A stretch of 63,951 nucleotides of DNA, counting the filler, from Aduncisulcus paluster (taxonomy: Eukaryota), in assembly GCA_024181965.1 (NCBI GenBank). It is 13 parts of 13 records of this genome, joined end to end, with 100 filler letters (N's around TTAATTAATTAA, not from the genome) between each part and the next. Parts side by side here need not be neighbours in the genome. Positions count along the whole stretch, not along the records: positions 33,782 to 45,750 come from BQXS01012006.1; positions 45,851 to 54,781 come from BQXS01012007.1; 11 more parts are not named here. One strand, given 5' to 3'. A program made the position numbers and the translations under genes. Shown here piece after piece: positions 35,112 through 45,851 of this stretch (within the stretch, counting starts at the first letter, position 1; every line of letters starts with the position of its first letter). The notes beneath the pieces are model-generated. The model had not been told where the DNA came from, ran no database searches, and was given only the letters and a program-made list of their open reading frames with translations.

Positions 35112-35582
35112 ATGAGTATAAAATTTGTACTATTGATTAATAAGCAGGGTAAAATCAGAATGACAAAATGGTATAATAGCTTTGGATCAGTGGATGATTC
35201 CAAAATGACACTTTCTAAGCAAAGGGCCAAACTTATAAGGGAAGTATCACAAAGAGTGTTGACCCGTTCGGTCCGTTTGTCAAATGTTGTCGAGTGGCGT
35301 GGAATGAAATTGATTTACAAAAAGTTTGCTGCCTTGTATTTTGTTTTCTGCTGTAGCAATGAAGATAATGAACTCCTCATGTTACAGTTAATTAGAACAT
35401 ATGTTGAAATATTGAATGATTATTTTGGTACCGTATCTGAGTTGGATTTGGTGTATAATTTTGACAAAGCTCACTGTGTTCTAGATGAATTGGTTTGTGG
35501 AGGAAAGATCCAAGAAAGTTCCAAAAACGCAGTATTGAGAGCGGTGAAAGCACATGAAGCAGTTGAATCAGATCGAGGATAA
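35112..35582 (+). CDS. AP1S: Clathrin adaptor complex small (sigma) subunit, AP-1 sigma-like
   Basis: FVLLINKQGKIRMTKWY, YKKFAALYF, DNELLML..I..YVEILNDYFGTVSELDLVYNFDKA..LDE..CGG.IQESSK. Confidence 0.9.
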   Translation: MSIKFVLLINKQGKIRMTKWYNSFGSVDDSKMTLSKQRAKLIREVSQRVLTRSVRLSNVVEWRGMKLIYKKFAALYFVFCCSNEDNELLMLQLIRTYVEILNDYFGTVSELDLVYNFDKAHCVLDELVCGGKIQESSKNAVLRAVKAHEAVESDRG

Positions 35583-35762
35583 CCCTAACCGATTTTATCA
35601 TCATATTCTTAATTTTATTCAAAATCAATAAATTTTTTTATAATTATTTATTTATACCTTATTTCATTTCATAATGTATGGAACTATTGGTCTACTCATG
35701 TAAAATAGGGATGGAAGAATCCGTTGCTTTTTTTGTTCTAATAACTACATTCAACAATACAA

Positions 35763-36002
35763 ATGGGCGGTGCTGGAGTTTTCTTTAATGTTTTAGCTAT
35801 CTTTTTGATCGTTTTAATGTGTCTTGCAAGTATGTCTCGCATTGAAATATTTGACTTTCTCCAAACTGTTATTCCTGACGTTAATTTATTATTTATAAAT
35901 TTGTTTTGCTTTTAAAACTTTTTATTGTAACGTTTTATCCTAATTTCTTTCCATTTTCCAGCTATTTTTGCTTGTCTGGGATATTACTCGAGAACTCACT
36001 AA
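35763..36002 (+). CDS. Two-exon 35-aa single-pass membrane microprotein (SMIM30-like C-terminus); exons 35763-35829 and 35962-36002
   Basis: Intron 35830-35961 has donor GTATGT, branch-like CTAAT, a pyrimidine tract and CAG. The spliced product is MGGAGVFFNVLAIFLIVLMCLATIFACLGYYSRTH*. The unspliced frame hits a stop in the intron. Confidence 0.7.
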
Positions 36003-36744
36003 ATCTACACTGATTAATGGTTATAATTTCATCCTTTGCAAAAATTAGGAAGCTACCATTCTAATAAATTCTATCTTTGACATTTTTTATCCTTCTTTCA
36101 ATGTATGGAAAACGTTGTGGCGAATTTGCACAANNNNNNNNNNNNNNNNNNNNTCTCGCATTGAAATATTTGACTTTCTCCAAACTGTTATTCCTGACGT
36201 TAATTTATTATTTATAAATTTGTTTTGCTTTTAAAACTTTTTATTGTAACGTTTTATCCTAATTTCTTTCCATTTTCCAGCTATTTTTGCTTGTCTGGGA
36301 TATTACTCGAGAACTCACTAAATCTACACTGATTAATGGTTATAATTTCATCCTTTGCAAAAATTAGGAAGCTACCATTCTAATAAATTCTATCTTTGAC
36401 ATTTTTTATCCTTCTTTCAATGTATGGAAAACGTTGTGGCGAATTTGCACAAAGTTGGATTTTTTTCCCTTTTTAACAGTTTTAATTCTGGATAATATTT
36501 TCCACTATTATTGTTTCTGGGTGCAAGATTATATTTATATTGTTTTCTCATCGTTTGCTAGATGCCTTCAAACCGTTTGAAGTGACATCGCCGATGTTGT
36601 GAGTCACAGATACTGTTGAATTCTTCCTATATACTTCTTTGTTTATATCAATAATTACTTTATTTACAAATATACCAACATATCATACTGATCTAGACGA
36701 TCCTGTTCCTATTCTTCTACTAGAACTGGTAGTTGATTGAAGAG

Positions 36745-39700
36745 TTAGAAGAAAACTCTTACATGAATTGATCTATCCTGATTAAAATCACCATGAAGAG
36801 GAATGAGATACATATTCTCACAATGACCATCCTGAGGTTGTCGCAATTCAATAATCATGGTAATTTTTTTCTCAGAACCAAAAATGAATGGGTGGTCACC
36901 CTTTTTGAGAGTAATTCCATTTGAATTGACAAAACAATACTCAATTGATTCAAACGAGCCCAAATTCCAAGAAGATAGGGGTCTGAAATGATATTTCATG
37001 ATTTTGAATAGTTTGCCATCAGTCATGGGCGGAGCATGACAAGTTCGGTCTGGTGTTGAAACAGATTTAAAGTGAGAAACTCTGATAGAACCACAAATAG
37101 AATTATTCCTCAAACATAGCCATAGAGACTCTCCGCCATCATCATAAAGAAATCCAGATCCATCAGAATAAACATCATCGTCAAGAATCTTATCCTTTCC
37201 AATATCCTCTCGGGATGGTGTTGGAAGTGCTGAAATATCAGATACAAATGATTTATCTGCAAAAGGAACAATTCCACTCTTTTCCACGCGTCGAATTTCC
37301 CTTGAAGTCGCAATACCATCAATGTTATACATAATAAGGGCATTGACGATTTTTGAATGTACCAAAGCACTCCCAAAGTGTGAAGGGAATAACGATCCGC
37401 TCAGGTGTGAAGGCATTATGTATATATCATGGAGATCGCCATAATACTTAAGGATATTTGGCACGGCGACACGACGTTGCCCACGGGATTCCTCAAGGAA
37501 CCAAGATGAACAATACTTAAGATTAAGGTTCATGACAATACCATTCAAACCTATGAGCACTGATTCATCACAGGTATCAGCATGGAGTTTCTCAATCTCA
37601 TGAGAAGGTCCGACAACTCGAAGGAAATATTTTGACTGGAAGCGGGCAACAGTGAACTCAAGCAAAGAAAGTCCTTGACTCGGAATAATGCAACAATCCT
37701 CCTCAACTGATGAGAAAAGATTCTCAGAAGAAATTGATGGAAACATTGGAATCGGGGTTGAAAAGGGTTGAGTAAAATTCAGTTCAAACATTGTAATAAT
37801 ACTCTTGGAGACCTTTTGACCGAGAGATTTGGGTACTTTCGCGGACAAGGGACTCATGTATACCTCTTCTGATGGAAATAGCAACAATAGAGGAAGAGAG
37901 GGTAATGATAAGGGTAGAAATGTATTATTGTTGGAAGATTTATCTGATAATTGTTTCGGACTTGAATATGATTTTCTATTCTGACTATGCTCTTCGTGAT
38001 GGTAGGAAGACATCTCTTTATCTTCTCCTTCAGCATGAACAGCATATGCAGAGGAATATCCTGAACTCGAACAAGAATCCCCACTGGTGTCCATAAATAG
38101 AATCGGATGTCCCGCACCGATATAGCTCTCCTTTGAATCATCTATTTTGGAGCCATCGAGACGTACCAACTGGATGGATATCTCTTCCTTACCCTTAATC
38201 GATGGACTGTGGACAACCCAGTGATTTATGTGGAATGAGCATGAGTTTACGGGAACAAACAGGAGAGGAACGAATAAAAAAGAATATCCTTCGTCACTTC
38301 GATCATCATACTCTTTTAGTTGTTGTTCATTGAAACATTTGCGCCCCTTTTCAAGCTCTTCAATAAACTCAAAAGTTATCGTTCCATCTGATGATCTCGA
38401 TAGATACCGAATATTTGTCATCAAATCGCCATCCCACATCCTAGAGACATCATTAATACGACTTAATAACATATTAATTCTGGAGGACACTGGGAAAGCT
38501 TCAACTCCTTTAAGAGATATTTTATGTCTCACAATATCACTCTTTCGAGTCGTAAGAAGAGGTAAATTCTTGTGTTTGTTAAGTTTGATAACCAATAGAG
38601 AACATTCTTTTCCCAACACGTCATATATACTTCGTTTGGTAACCTTCTTGAAGTTGGATTTCTCCACAACAAACTTAAAGCCTGATTTTGCGATAAAACT
38701 GGACAAGGATTCGGGAGTTCCAACTCTACTGCCTGGTTTAATTCCATTATTAAGCTCTCTTGGAGGAGTTTTGGTGCCTTCAATATGCTTATCGGGTCGT
38801 GGAAAGATCATTTTCCTACCTCTTTTTTGAATAGAAGCTTGAAGAACATTTTTGGAATCGCTTTTTAATTGTTTTTTCTCCATTGGACTTGAGATTTCCT
38901 CATACACAGCTTTCTTAGTTGTGACACCGCTTCTCACGTCGAATAACAATCCAGAAGAATCGGCGTCGCTTGGTTTTGACTTTCTTTCCTCATCAAATTC
39001 ATCTCCAACACTACAAATGAAAGAACTGTCTGTATCCTTATAAACGCTGAAATACAAGTTCATGGGATGCTTTCCAAGCGTTGAGATTCCGTGAGCTTCC
39101 GAATACCCCACCGTGAACACAGATCTTGCCCATACAAAATTACCCACACATATCTCCATGACAGCTTCAGCTCCAGTTGGTAAACAAAGAGCTTTCTCCT
39201 GTGTCACGATCATTTCAGAGTTCAGATGCTTCATAACACGGAGCCTGCTCTCGGTAACAAGAGTAGAGGTGGGAACAGAGCTCACATCTTCCACATCATC
39301 CTTTTGAGACGCCCTATATATAATATCAGAATAACTCCAATCAATAAAAGAATCATCGGAACAATTTGCAGGATATGATCTCAGCAGAAATACTGAAGGG
39401 AAAGATTTTACCAAAGAACTATTAAATGTTTGAAAATGTTCACATTGGATGGATTTAACATTTATCTTCGAGAAAGCAGAACTTCCAGGTGATTGAAATG
39501 GAGAAGATTTATCAATTTTGTAATACAATTTCATCATTTTACAGAAATCAAATCCGTTTACAACATTCACATTCTCAATGATATTCTCATAATTTCTCTC
39601 CGCCTCCTGGCGTAACTGGAGAATAGCTTCAACGTCAACTATTTCTTTTGGAGAAGATAGTTCCTCCTGATCAATGCGAGTTTGAGAATCAGTGTGAGTT

Positions 39701-42444
39701 TGAGAATCAGTGTGAGTTTGAGAATCAGTGTGTTTGGGAGAAGACGGTTTGGTTAAGTGTTCACCTTTGGAAGGAGGAGATATGGACGATCCATGGTGAA
39801 GGATTGACTCGGAATGAGATAGAGATGCACTGGATGGATCAAGTATACTTCTAAATTTCTCTTCTTTCCTTCTTTCAGGCTGGTCTGCAGGAATCATGTT
39901 TTTTAGAGTTCCTGAATGAATCTCAGAGATCGATCTTGAGGTAAGATCAGATGAACCCTTGAGCAGATCATGCATTTGCGTATCCTCCCCTTTCCCACTG
40001 ATATTCACACTCACACCATACACACTGCAGGGCCTTGTTAGCTCTTCAATGTGATCTTCATGTTGGGGTAGAGCAGTCTCGTGAAAAATAGATTCTTGTT
40101 CAAGGTTCTGATCAGCATACGGGGATTCTGTGTCATGCTTTGGTTCAGGAAGAACTACCTTTGTGGATGGATCTGAGACTTCTCTCTGACTCCTTATTTC
40201 ACCTTCGTGAAGAGTATCGAGCAGGGATTTGGAGTGTGGTTCCCTAGGCTGTGTGATTGATGTCGTGTGTGAGTCCTGTGTCTTTCCACTCAACCTCTGA
40301 ATGTGAGAATCTGTACTAACATGGCTTTTCTCTTGCTCAGACTCAACAAACATGTCTCTTCCTTGCTCAGGAATAATCATCACACAGCTGCTACTAAGCT
40401 CAGTGGAACTATACATATCTCGATCATGGCTTACTGACAGATTCTCAGACCGAATAACATCAAGACCTTGCCCTTCAAGAAGTTGAAGGTGGTTCTTAGG
40501 AGATTGAATGTCGATGCTGTGTGATTTATCAGGAAGTTGATGTTTTGTCTCATCAGGAATATAAGAATCTTTCTCAACGGGTATTGAAATAGATGCAACA
40601 TTCTCACGGTGATCTTTTTGAGTTATAACATCAGTAGTCATTGTATCAATAGATCCAACAACAACATAAGAGGCCTCCAACGAATTGTCCTGAGTCTTTA
40701 CCAATGGAGATTTTTTTTGAGAAACTATTGAACTAATAATAGGCTGAAGGTCTGGTGAAACTAAAACATCATCATGAACAACAACTTTATCTTTTTCCCC
40801 TTTTTTCTCTTCTTCCTTCGTAATACTAAGATCTTCATGTTGATGTTTCTCAGGGCTGAGAAAATGGGTCTCAATCCAATGTTTTTGAGCAAGATGATCA
40901 GCCCTTTTCACACTATCTTCTCTTCTCTCCCTCTTCTTTTGTTCAGAACGAATCCCACGGAAACGCACATTCATATTTCCATCAAGAGAACACGACTGGC
41001 ATAAATTGGCACATAGTAGGGATATAGGACATTCATAATATCTTGGAACAAGAGGAATGTGGTACATTCCACGAGGATGGCCACGAATGTGCACGATTGG
41101 TGATGATGATTCGTCATCTAAGTGTGCATGAATACGTTGAAGACCCCACCCAATAGATACTGCACCCTCCAATGAGTCATTTTGCGATACAAGACAATCC
41201 TTGGTTGTGGGATCTGAATGAAGAGCGTATTCAACGATGATTTCCCAATATATCCCACCGTATCCACATTTAAGGGAGATGGCAGTGTCAAATGGAAGAT
41301 GAATGAATGAAAAATTCGGAAATCTAACATTACCTTCTGATATTTCCTCCATGGATTGTTTTACAACACATAATGACGATAATTGTCTCAACCCAGAGTG
41401 TAAACATGCACGCAGAAATATATTCTTTACGGATATCCCAGTAACATTGGAGAGCCAAGCACGACTAAGTAAGATAGTTTTGATTTTGGATAAACACCGA
41501 CCAATATTGACTGAGAATCTGACATCAATTTGACAAGAATCACGTGGAGGACATATGTCTCGTTTCACATCCATTGAAGTGGGCGAATGAGCAGGAATTA
41601 TCGGTGTAAAGAGAGGAATAGATGGGTTGAAAACAACAGATGAAGGAGCGAGTAAAGGACGAACATCAACAACCTTTGTCATATGGATAGACAGAGACAG
41701 CTGAGTGTTATCGATAGGAGGAATGGAAAAGGGTGCACAATTCAGAAGGACGGCAGGAGAAGTGGGCTTGAGATGGTTCTGAAGCTTGAAAGTAACAGAT
41801 TTCCCAATATATCGATCAATATAGAGAATATTATTAATGATCTCTTTTTCATTCTTTGAAATTCTTGATAATTTCTTTTTTGAAGAATGATCAAACCCTG
41901 TTTTAAGGAGGTGGGAATATATTTGCGAAAAATGAGTAACAAAATCGAATCCGCCATATTCATCCTTCAAATCATGAATATTAATATCTAAAAACCACCT
42001 ATTACTTGATAATGCCGTCCAAAATATTGAAATGGGCTCGTGATAATATTTGTCCATTACAGCCACTTCTACAACTAGATAATCAAAATATTCGAGATAA
42101 TTCCTATCCTTTGAACAATTGTTTGAAACTAATAATATTGGGAGAGAATCAAAACTGGAAAACTTAAAGTTAATGACAAATGAATTCCCATCGTGACTAA
42201 TGGATGTATTCGATGGATAAAAAGGCGCTGGTTTTTGTAAAAAACATTGTGACCATGATGAATATGTACTGAAGTATATTATGGGTCTATTTTCCTTCAA
42301 TTTATGGATATCCGAAGGATTTTTACATTTTAGAGATATGGATTCAAAAAAAAGATATTTTGCCGACTGATTTAGAAATTTTGTTGAAGCTTTAGGTAAT
42401 AATTGAGTTGATGTAAGTTGTAAACTCTCGGTAACTTCTGACAT
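36745..42444 (-). CDS. Large hypothetical protein (1899 aa), weakly nephrocystin-4-like
   Basis: Uninterrupted ORF. Segments PIIYFST...LVVEVAV, LRACLHSG...IIVEYAL...IGWG and FELNFTQPF recall NPHP4 C2/Ig-like regions. Confidence refers to the CDS; the family call is weak. Confidence 0.8.
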   Translation of the reverse strand: MSEVTESLQLTSTQLLPKASTKFLNQSAKYLFFESISLKCKNPSDIHKLKENRPIIYFSTYSSWSQCFLQKPAPFYPSNTSISHDGNSFVINFKFSSFDSLPILLVSNNCSKDRNYLEYFDYLVVEVAVMDKYYHEPISIFWTALSSNRWFLDINIHDLKDEYGGFDFVTHFSQIYSHLLKTGFDHSSKKKLSRISKNEKEIINNILYIDRYIGKSVTFKLQNHLKPTSPAVLLNCAPFSIPPIDNTQLSLSIHMTKVVDVRPLLAPSSVVFNPSIPLFTPIIPAHSPTSMDVKRDICPPRDSCQIDVRFSVNIGRCLSKIKTILLSRAWLSNVTGISVKNIFLRACLHSGLRQLSSLCVVKQSMEEISEGNVRFPNFSFIHLPFDTAISLKCGYGGIYWEIIVEYALHSDPTTKDCLVSQNDSLEGAVSIGWGLQRIHAHLDDESSSPIVHIRGHPRGMYHIPLVPRYYECPISLLCANLCQSCSLDGNMNVRFRGIRSEQKKRERREDSVKRADHLAQKHWIETHFLSPEKHQHEDLSITKEEEKKGEKDKVVVHDDVLVSPDLQPIISSIVSQKKSPLVKTQDNSLEASYVVVGSIDTMTTDVITQKDHRENVASISIPVEKDSYIPDETKHQLPDKSHSIDIQSPKNHLQLLEGQGLDVIRSENLSVSHDRDMYSSTELSSSCVMIIPEQGRDMFVESEQEKSHVSTDSHIQRLSGKTQDSHTTSITQPREPHSKSLLDTLHEGEIRSQREVSDPSTKVVLPEPKHDTESPYADQNLEQESIFHETALPQHEDHIEELTRPCSVYGVSVNISGKGEDTQMHDLLKGSSDLTSRSISEIHSGTLKNMIPADQPERRKEEKFRSILDPSSASLSHSESILHHGSSISPPSKGEHLTKPSSPKHTDSQTHTDSQTHTDSQTRIDQEELSSPKEIVDVEAILQLRQEAERNYENIIENVNVVNGFDFCKMMKLYYKIDKSSPFQSPGSSAFSKINVKSIQCEHFQTFNSSLVKSFPSVFLLRSYPANCSDDSFIDWSYSDIIYRASQKDDVEDVSSVPTSTLVTESRLRVMKHLNSEMIVTQEKALCLPTGAEAVMEICVGNFVWARSVFTVGYSEAHGISTLGKHPMNLYFSVYKDTDSSFICSVGDEFDEERKSKPSDADSSGLLFDVRSGVTTKKAVYEEISSPMEKKQLKSDSKNVLQASIQKRGRKMIFPRPDKHIEGTKTPPRELNNGIKPGSRVGTPESLSSFIAKSGFKFVVEKSNFKKVTKRSIYDVLGKECSLLVIKLNKHKNLPLLTTRKSDIVRHKISLKGVEAFPVSSRINMLLSRINDVSRMWDGDLMTNIRYLSRSSDGTITFEFIEELEKGRKCFNEQQLKEYDDRSDEGYSFLFVPLLFVPVNSCSFHINHWVVHSPSIKGKEEISIQLVRLDGSKIDDSKESYIGAGHPILFMDTSGDSCSSSGYSSAYAVHAEGEDKEMSSYHHEEHSQNRKSYSSPKQLSDKSSNNNTFLPLSLPSLPLLLLFPSEEVYMSPLSAKVPKSLGQKVSKSIITMFELNFTQPFSTPIPMFPSISSENLFSSVEEDCCIIPSQGLSLLEFTVARFQSKYFLRVVGPSHEIEKLHADTCDESVLIGLNGIVMNLNLKYCSSWFLEESRGQRRVAVPNILKYYGDLHDIYIMPSHLSGSLFPSHFGSALVHSKIVNALIMYNIDGIATSREIRRVEKSGIVPFADKSFVSDISALPTPSREDIGKDKILDDDVYSDGSGFLYDDGGESLWLCLRNNSICGSIRVSHFKSVSTPDRTCHAPPMTDGKLFKIMKYHFRPLSSWNLGSFESIEYCFVNSNGITLKKGDHPFIFGSEKKITMIIELRQPQDGHCENMYLIPLHGDFNQDRSIHVRVFF
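39678..39734 (-). repeat. 18-bp coding minisatellite (HTDSQT x3)
   Basis: GAGTTTGAGAATCAGTGT is tandemly repeated three times on the + strand. Confidence 0.9.
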
Positions 42445-42679
42445 GGGACCAAATCACACAAATGAATAAAAGATCAGAAATACTTTATTTTAAGAAAGAA
42501 TTAAGAATCACAGCTTACTGAAATAATTAAAAGTTTACACTAAGAATATATTCTTCTTTGATATCAAAGAGAAACCTCCAAGTCACTTTGACACCAAAAT
42601 GTCTAGAAATTTGGGTAATTCAAAACGATAATATCATACAACATGGTTAGAAAATACATAATATTTATAAAAGCGATCA

Positions 42680-43165
42680 TTAATCTTCGTGGTCAGCTCT
42701 TTCGACCATTTCATCATATTCATCTTTCGAAAAGAGGTAAAAAGTAAGAGTTGATCCTTTTGGTACAATTCTGCGCTTTTCGACCCTAATATCTTTTGTT
42801 CTTTCGTATTCAATATCTTTTCCATCAAATAACTGCGCCTTTGAATCCAAATCAAGTCCAGATTCGACTGAGAAAGCTACAGTATCACCAACAACTCTAA
42901 CAGCATCGGCTTTCAGCCAAGCTGATTGAAAACATTTTCTTATAAATAAAACTGGACTTGTTATCCAGCCACTTAACTCTAAACGGCGTATGGAAACTCC
43001 TTCTTTCTCAAGGAGATATGTGAGAAGTTTATGGGAAGATATACTAAATCTGAAGCTCATCTTTGCTAATTCATCAATTGAAATCTTTCCAGTCATAAAT
43101 GTATCCCACTTTCCATTACTATGCGCCTTTAAAATGCGATAATCGCTAAACCATCCTTTTGGCAT
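42680..43165 (-). CDS. Hypothetical protein (161 aa)
   Basis: Complete ATG-to-stop ORF with globular composition, flanked by AT-rich spacers. Confidence 0.65.
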   Translation of the reverse strand: MPKGWFSDYRILKAHSNGKWDTFMTGKISIDELAKMSFRFSISSHKLLTYLLEKEGVSIRRLELSGWITSPVLFIRKCFQSAWLKADAVRVVGDTVAFSVESGLDLDSKAQLFDGKDIEYERTKDIRVEKRRIVPKGSTLTFYLFSKDEYDEMVERADHED

Positions 43166-43742
43166 AGAAAATATAAATTTGTCGAGGAATTAACCTAAAA
43201 ATGTAATTATTAACCAAATTATTAAAAATAAATTCTTGAGCACAAGTTGATTGAAGCCAAAGTTGGGAATCATTTTTGTGTGATCAAAAATGAGGGTAAA
43301 ATAAAACAATTTTACAATTTTATTGTTTAATCTGATCAAAATATTATGAATAGATTATATATAATTCAAATATCTCGATAAAAAAATGAAGAAAGACTTT
43401 GTCAATATATCTTTGGCTAAGGCGTCGGAAAAGAGATAATAAACCCTTACATTATTAGTATGTTATCAGTGTCCTTCTTTTTCACTGTTTGAGCTCCATT
43501 ATTGTAATGAAATAATCATCGTGTTTTTCTGAATCAACTTGATTCTCCAAGTTTGAAACTTGGAGAAAAAATATTGGAAAAGTGCAAATCTGTTCGTATT
43601 TTTAACTTTCACTCAACTTAGGTCAGGATCATAGAACCTATCATCAAAATGATATTCCAACATATCAAATTCTTTATAATACTAGAAATTAGGGGAATGA
43701 AGAACGAATACTATTTGTAATAGAATAATATTATCAGTATTC

Positions 43743-45750
43743 TTATTCCAAGTCTGGCCATACATATCTTTCGCCCATGACATCATGCAAGGGACTGATA
43801 TTTACATCATCTTCTGTATCACAGAATAAGATTGCCGGAATTAGAGTTTCATGTTCAAGAGTTCTATCTGTATCCAGTGGTATCTTTCTAATGAGATAAT
43901 TGTACAATATTTCTGCCCGAGTCATTTTCTTCAAAAGGCCCTTATCCTTGGAACTTGGAGAAGACTTCATTCCAGATGGCTTTGAGGTTGATTGATTCGA
44001 CCCGTCCTCTGGTTCATCATTGTGACCCTCGTCGTGTGAGTGATCATCTTCTCCGGCATCCTCTTGAAGTTCCTCCTTTCTCTCTTCTCCTTTCTTCCAC
44101 TCTTCATCTTCAACCCACTCTCCAATCTCCCTCCAAGACACCCTTTTTCGAATATCAAGCAAGGAATACAGTCCACCGCCAGTGTCATGACCGCACCAAA
44201 GGAGATTGACGTAGAGTGAATCTGAGGTACTTTCACTATCTGGACTGGTCCTGAATTGTTTTGAATAAGAACCTGACGATTGTTCTAAGGGGTCAGGGAA
44301 GAACATAAAGTGAGGGGCAAGTGCAATGAGGAATGCAGAGGAGAACAATCCCAAGGGAGAATCAGGGAGGGGTGGGTGAGGTCGGGCGTCGGGAAGAGGC
44401 GGACAAACAATCTTTCGACTCTTTGAAGACCGTGTGGAAGATAAATCAATTCCAGGAGCGAAGGAAGGAGAGATCTTTTCAGTGGAAGAAGTATCAGAAA
44501 TAGTTGAAGATGATGGGTTTACAGTGGAATCCTTTGTGTCAATCGGTTGTTGAGTGGTATCTTGATCTTTTGTATCATCTTTTTTATCCCCAATTAATCC
44601 CTGTTTTTCCATCTCATCTTTCACTTTCTGTTTCTCTTCGATCTCCTCTTTCTTTTCCATCTGCTTCAGTACTTGACACAGCCATTCAGACATTTTTCTT
44701 CTCTGGAAAATGAAGGAGAAAGGAGGGTAAGGTCTGGAGATGTCAAACACAACTCCAATGGTCGATATTGAGGGGAAGAACAACGATTGGGGTGTTGAAG
44801 AAAGCATAGATTCTCTACTATAGTGTTTCTTGAGGAACATAAGGATACAACTCTCAAGATCCTTCACACAAATGACGGTGGCAACATAGGGGGACATCTT
44901 GGAGAATGCAAGGGGATCGAGAGCCAGCAGAGTGGAAGTCAGCAGGGGAGGCAGGAAGTATGAATGCGATCCTTCACTTGTTGTTCCTGACACAGTACCA
45001 TCAGATGGGGTAGTTAGGGAGGATGTAGGCTTATCGAGAGAACTCTCCTCTCCTATTGAACACACGTATCTCATTCCACGACGCCATTTGTCTGCACCAC
45101 CCCACTTGCAGGTGTCAACTGAGGCTGTTCCTCTTTCTGAGCGTGAGAACATACAACCACATAATCCACCCACACTTGGATCTAACTCGCTGCAAGGTGC
45201 TTGTGATGATATCTGACTAATATGGACCTTTTGGGGAGGAAAACACACACCTCCCAGCCCACCAGTGACACCTCCCACACCCATCTCACCGCCAAGCTCG
45301 GATATGCACACGCAGTCACGCACACGAGAGTCGAGGGAGAGGGGAAGGAGAGACTCCATGGAGAGAAGGAGAAGGGAGTTAAGGTATGAGGGCAATGCCG
45401 TGGGGACAGAGAGAAGCGAGGGAATAGGAAGGGAGAATGTCAGGAGGGATTGACTGGCTTGAGTGAGAAGAGATTTCTTCCTTGAACCAAGACCAGACTT
45501 CTTGAACAACACCCGGTCAGACATAGGATTTATAGCATCAAATAGAGTGGTTGGGAGATGCTGTTGTGCGAGATTCTTGGGGATTGAGAAAGGCAAGAAT
45601 GAATGCATGAAGTGAGATAAGGATATATGGGAGGGTGTGCATGTTTTGGGACTTGGTAGATGGGAAGAATAGAGAATAGAGGAGAGATACTGGGCTGGAA
45701 TAGGCGAATGGACGAGAGGAGGGGTGGAGGAGATTGGAGATAGTTCTGAG
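43743..45750 (-). CDS. Hypothetical Ser/Pro-rich protein, 5'-partial
   Basis: ORF of more than 620 aa in the same low-complexity style as the BEACH gene. Coding-like sequence continues to the contig edge. Confidence 0.8.
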
Positions 45751-45851
45751 NNNNNNNNNNNNNNNNNNNNNNNNNNNNNNNNNNNNNNNNNNNNTTAATT
45801 AATTAANNNNNNNNNNNNNNNNNNNNNNNNNNNNNNNNNNNNNNNNNNNNG

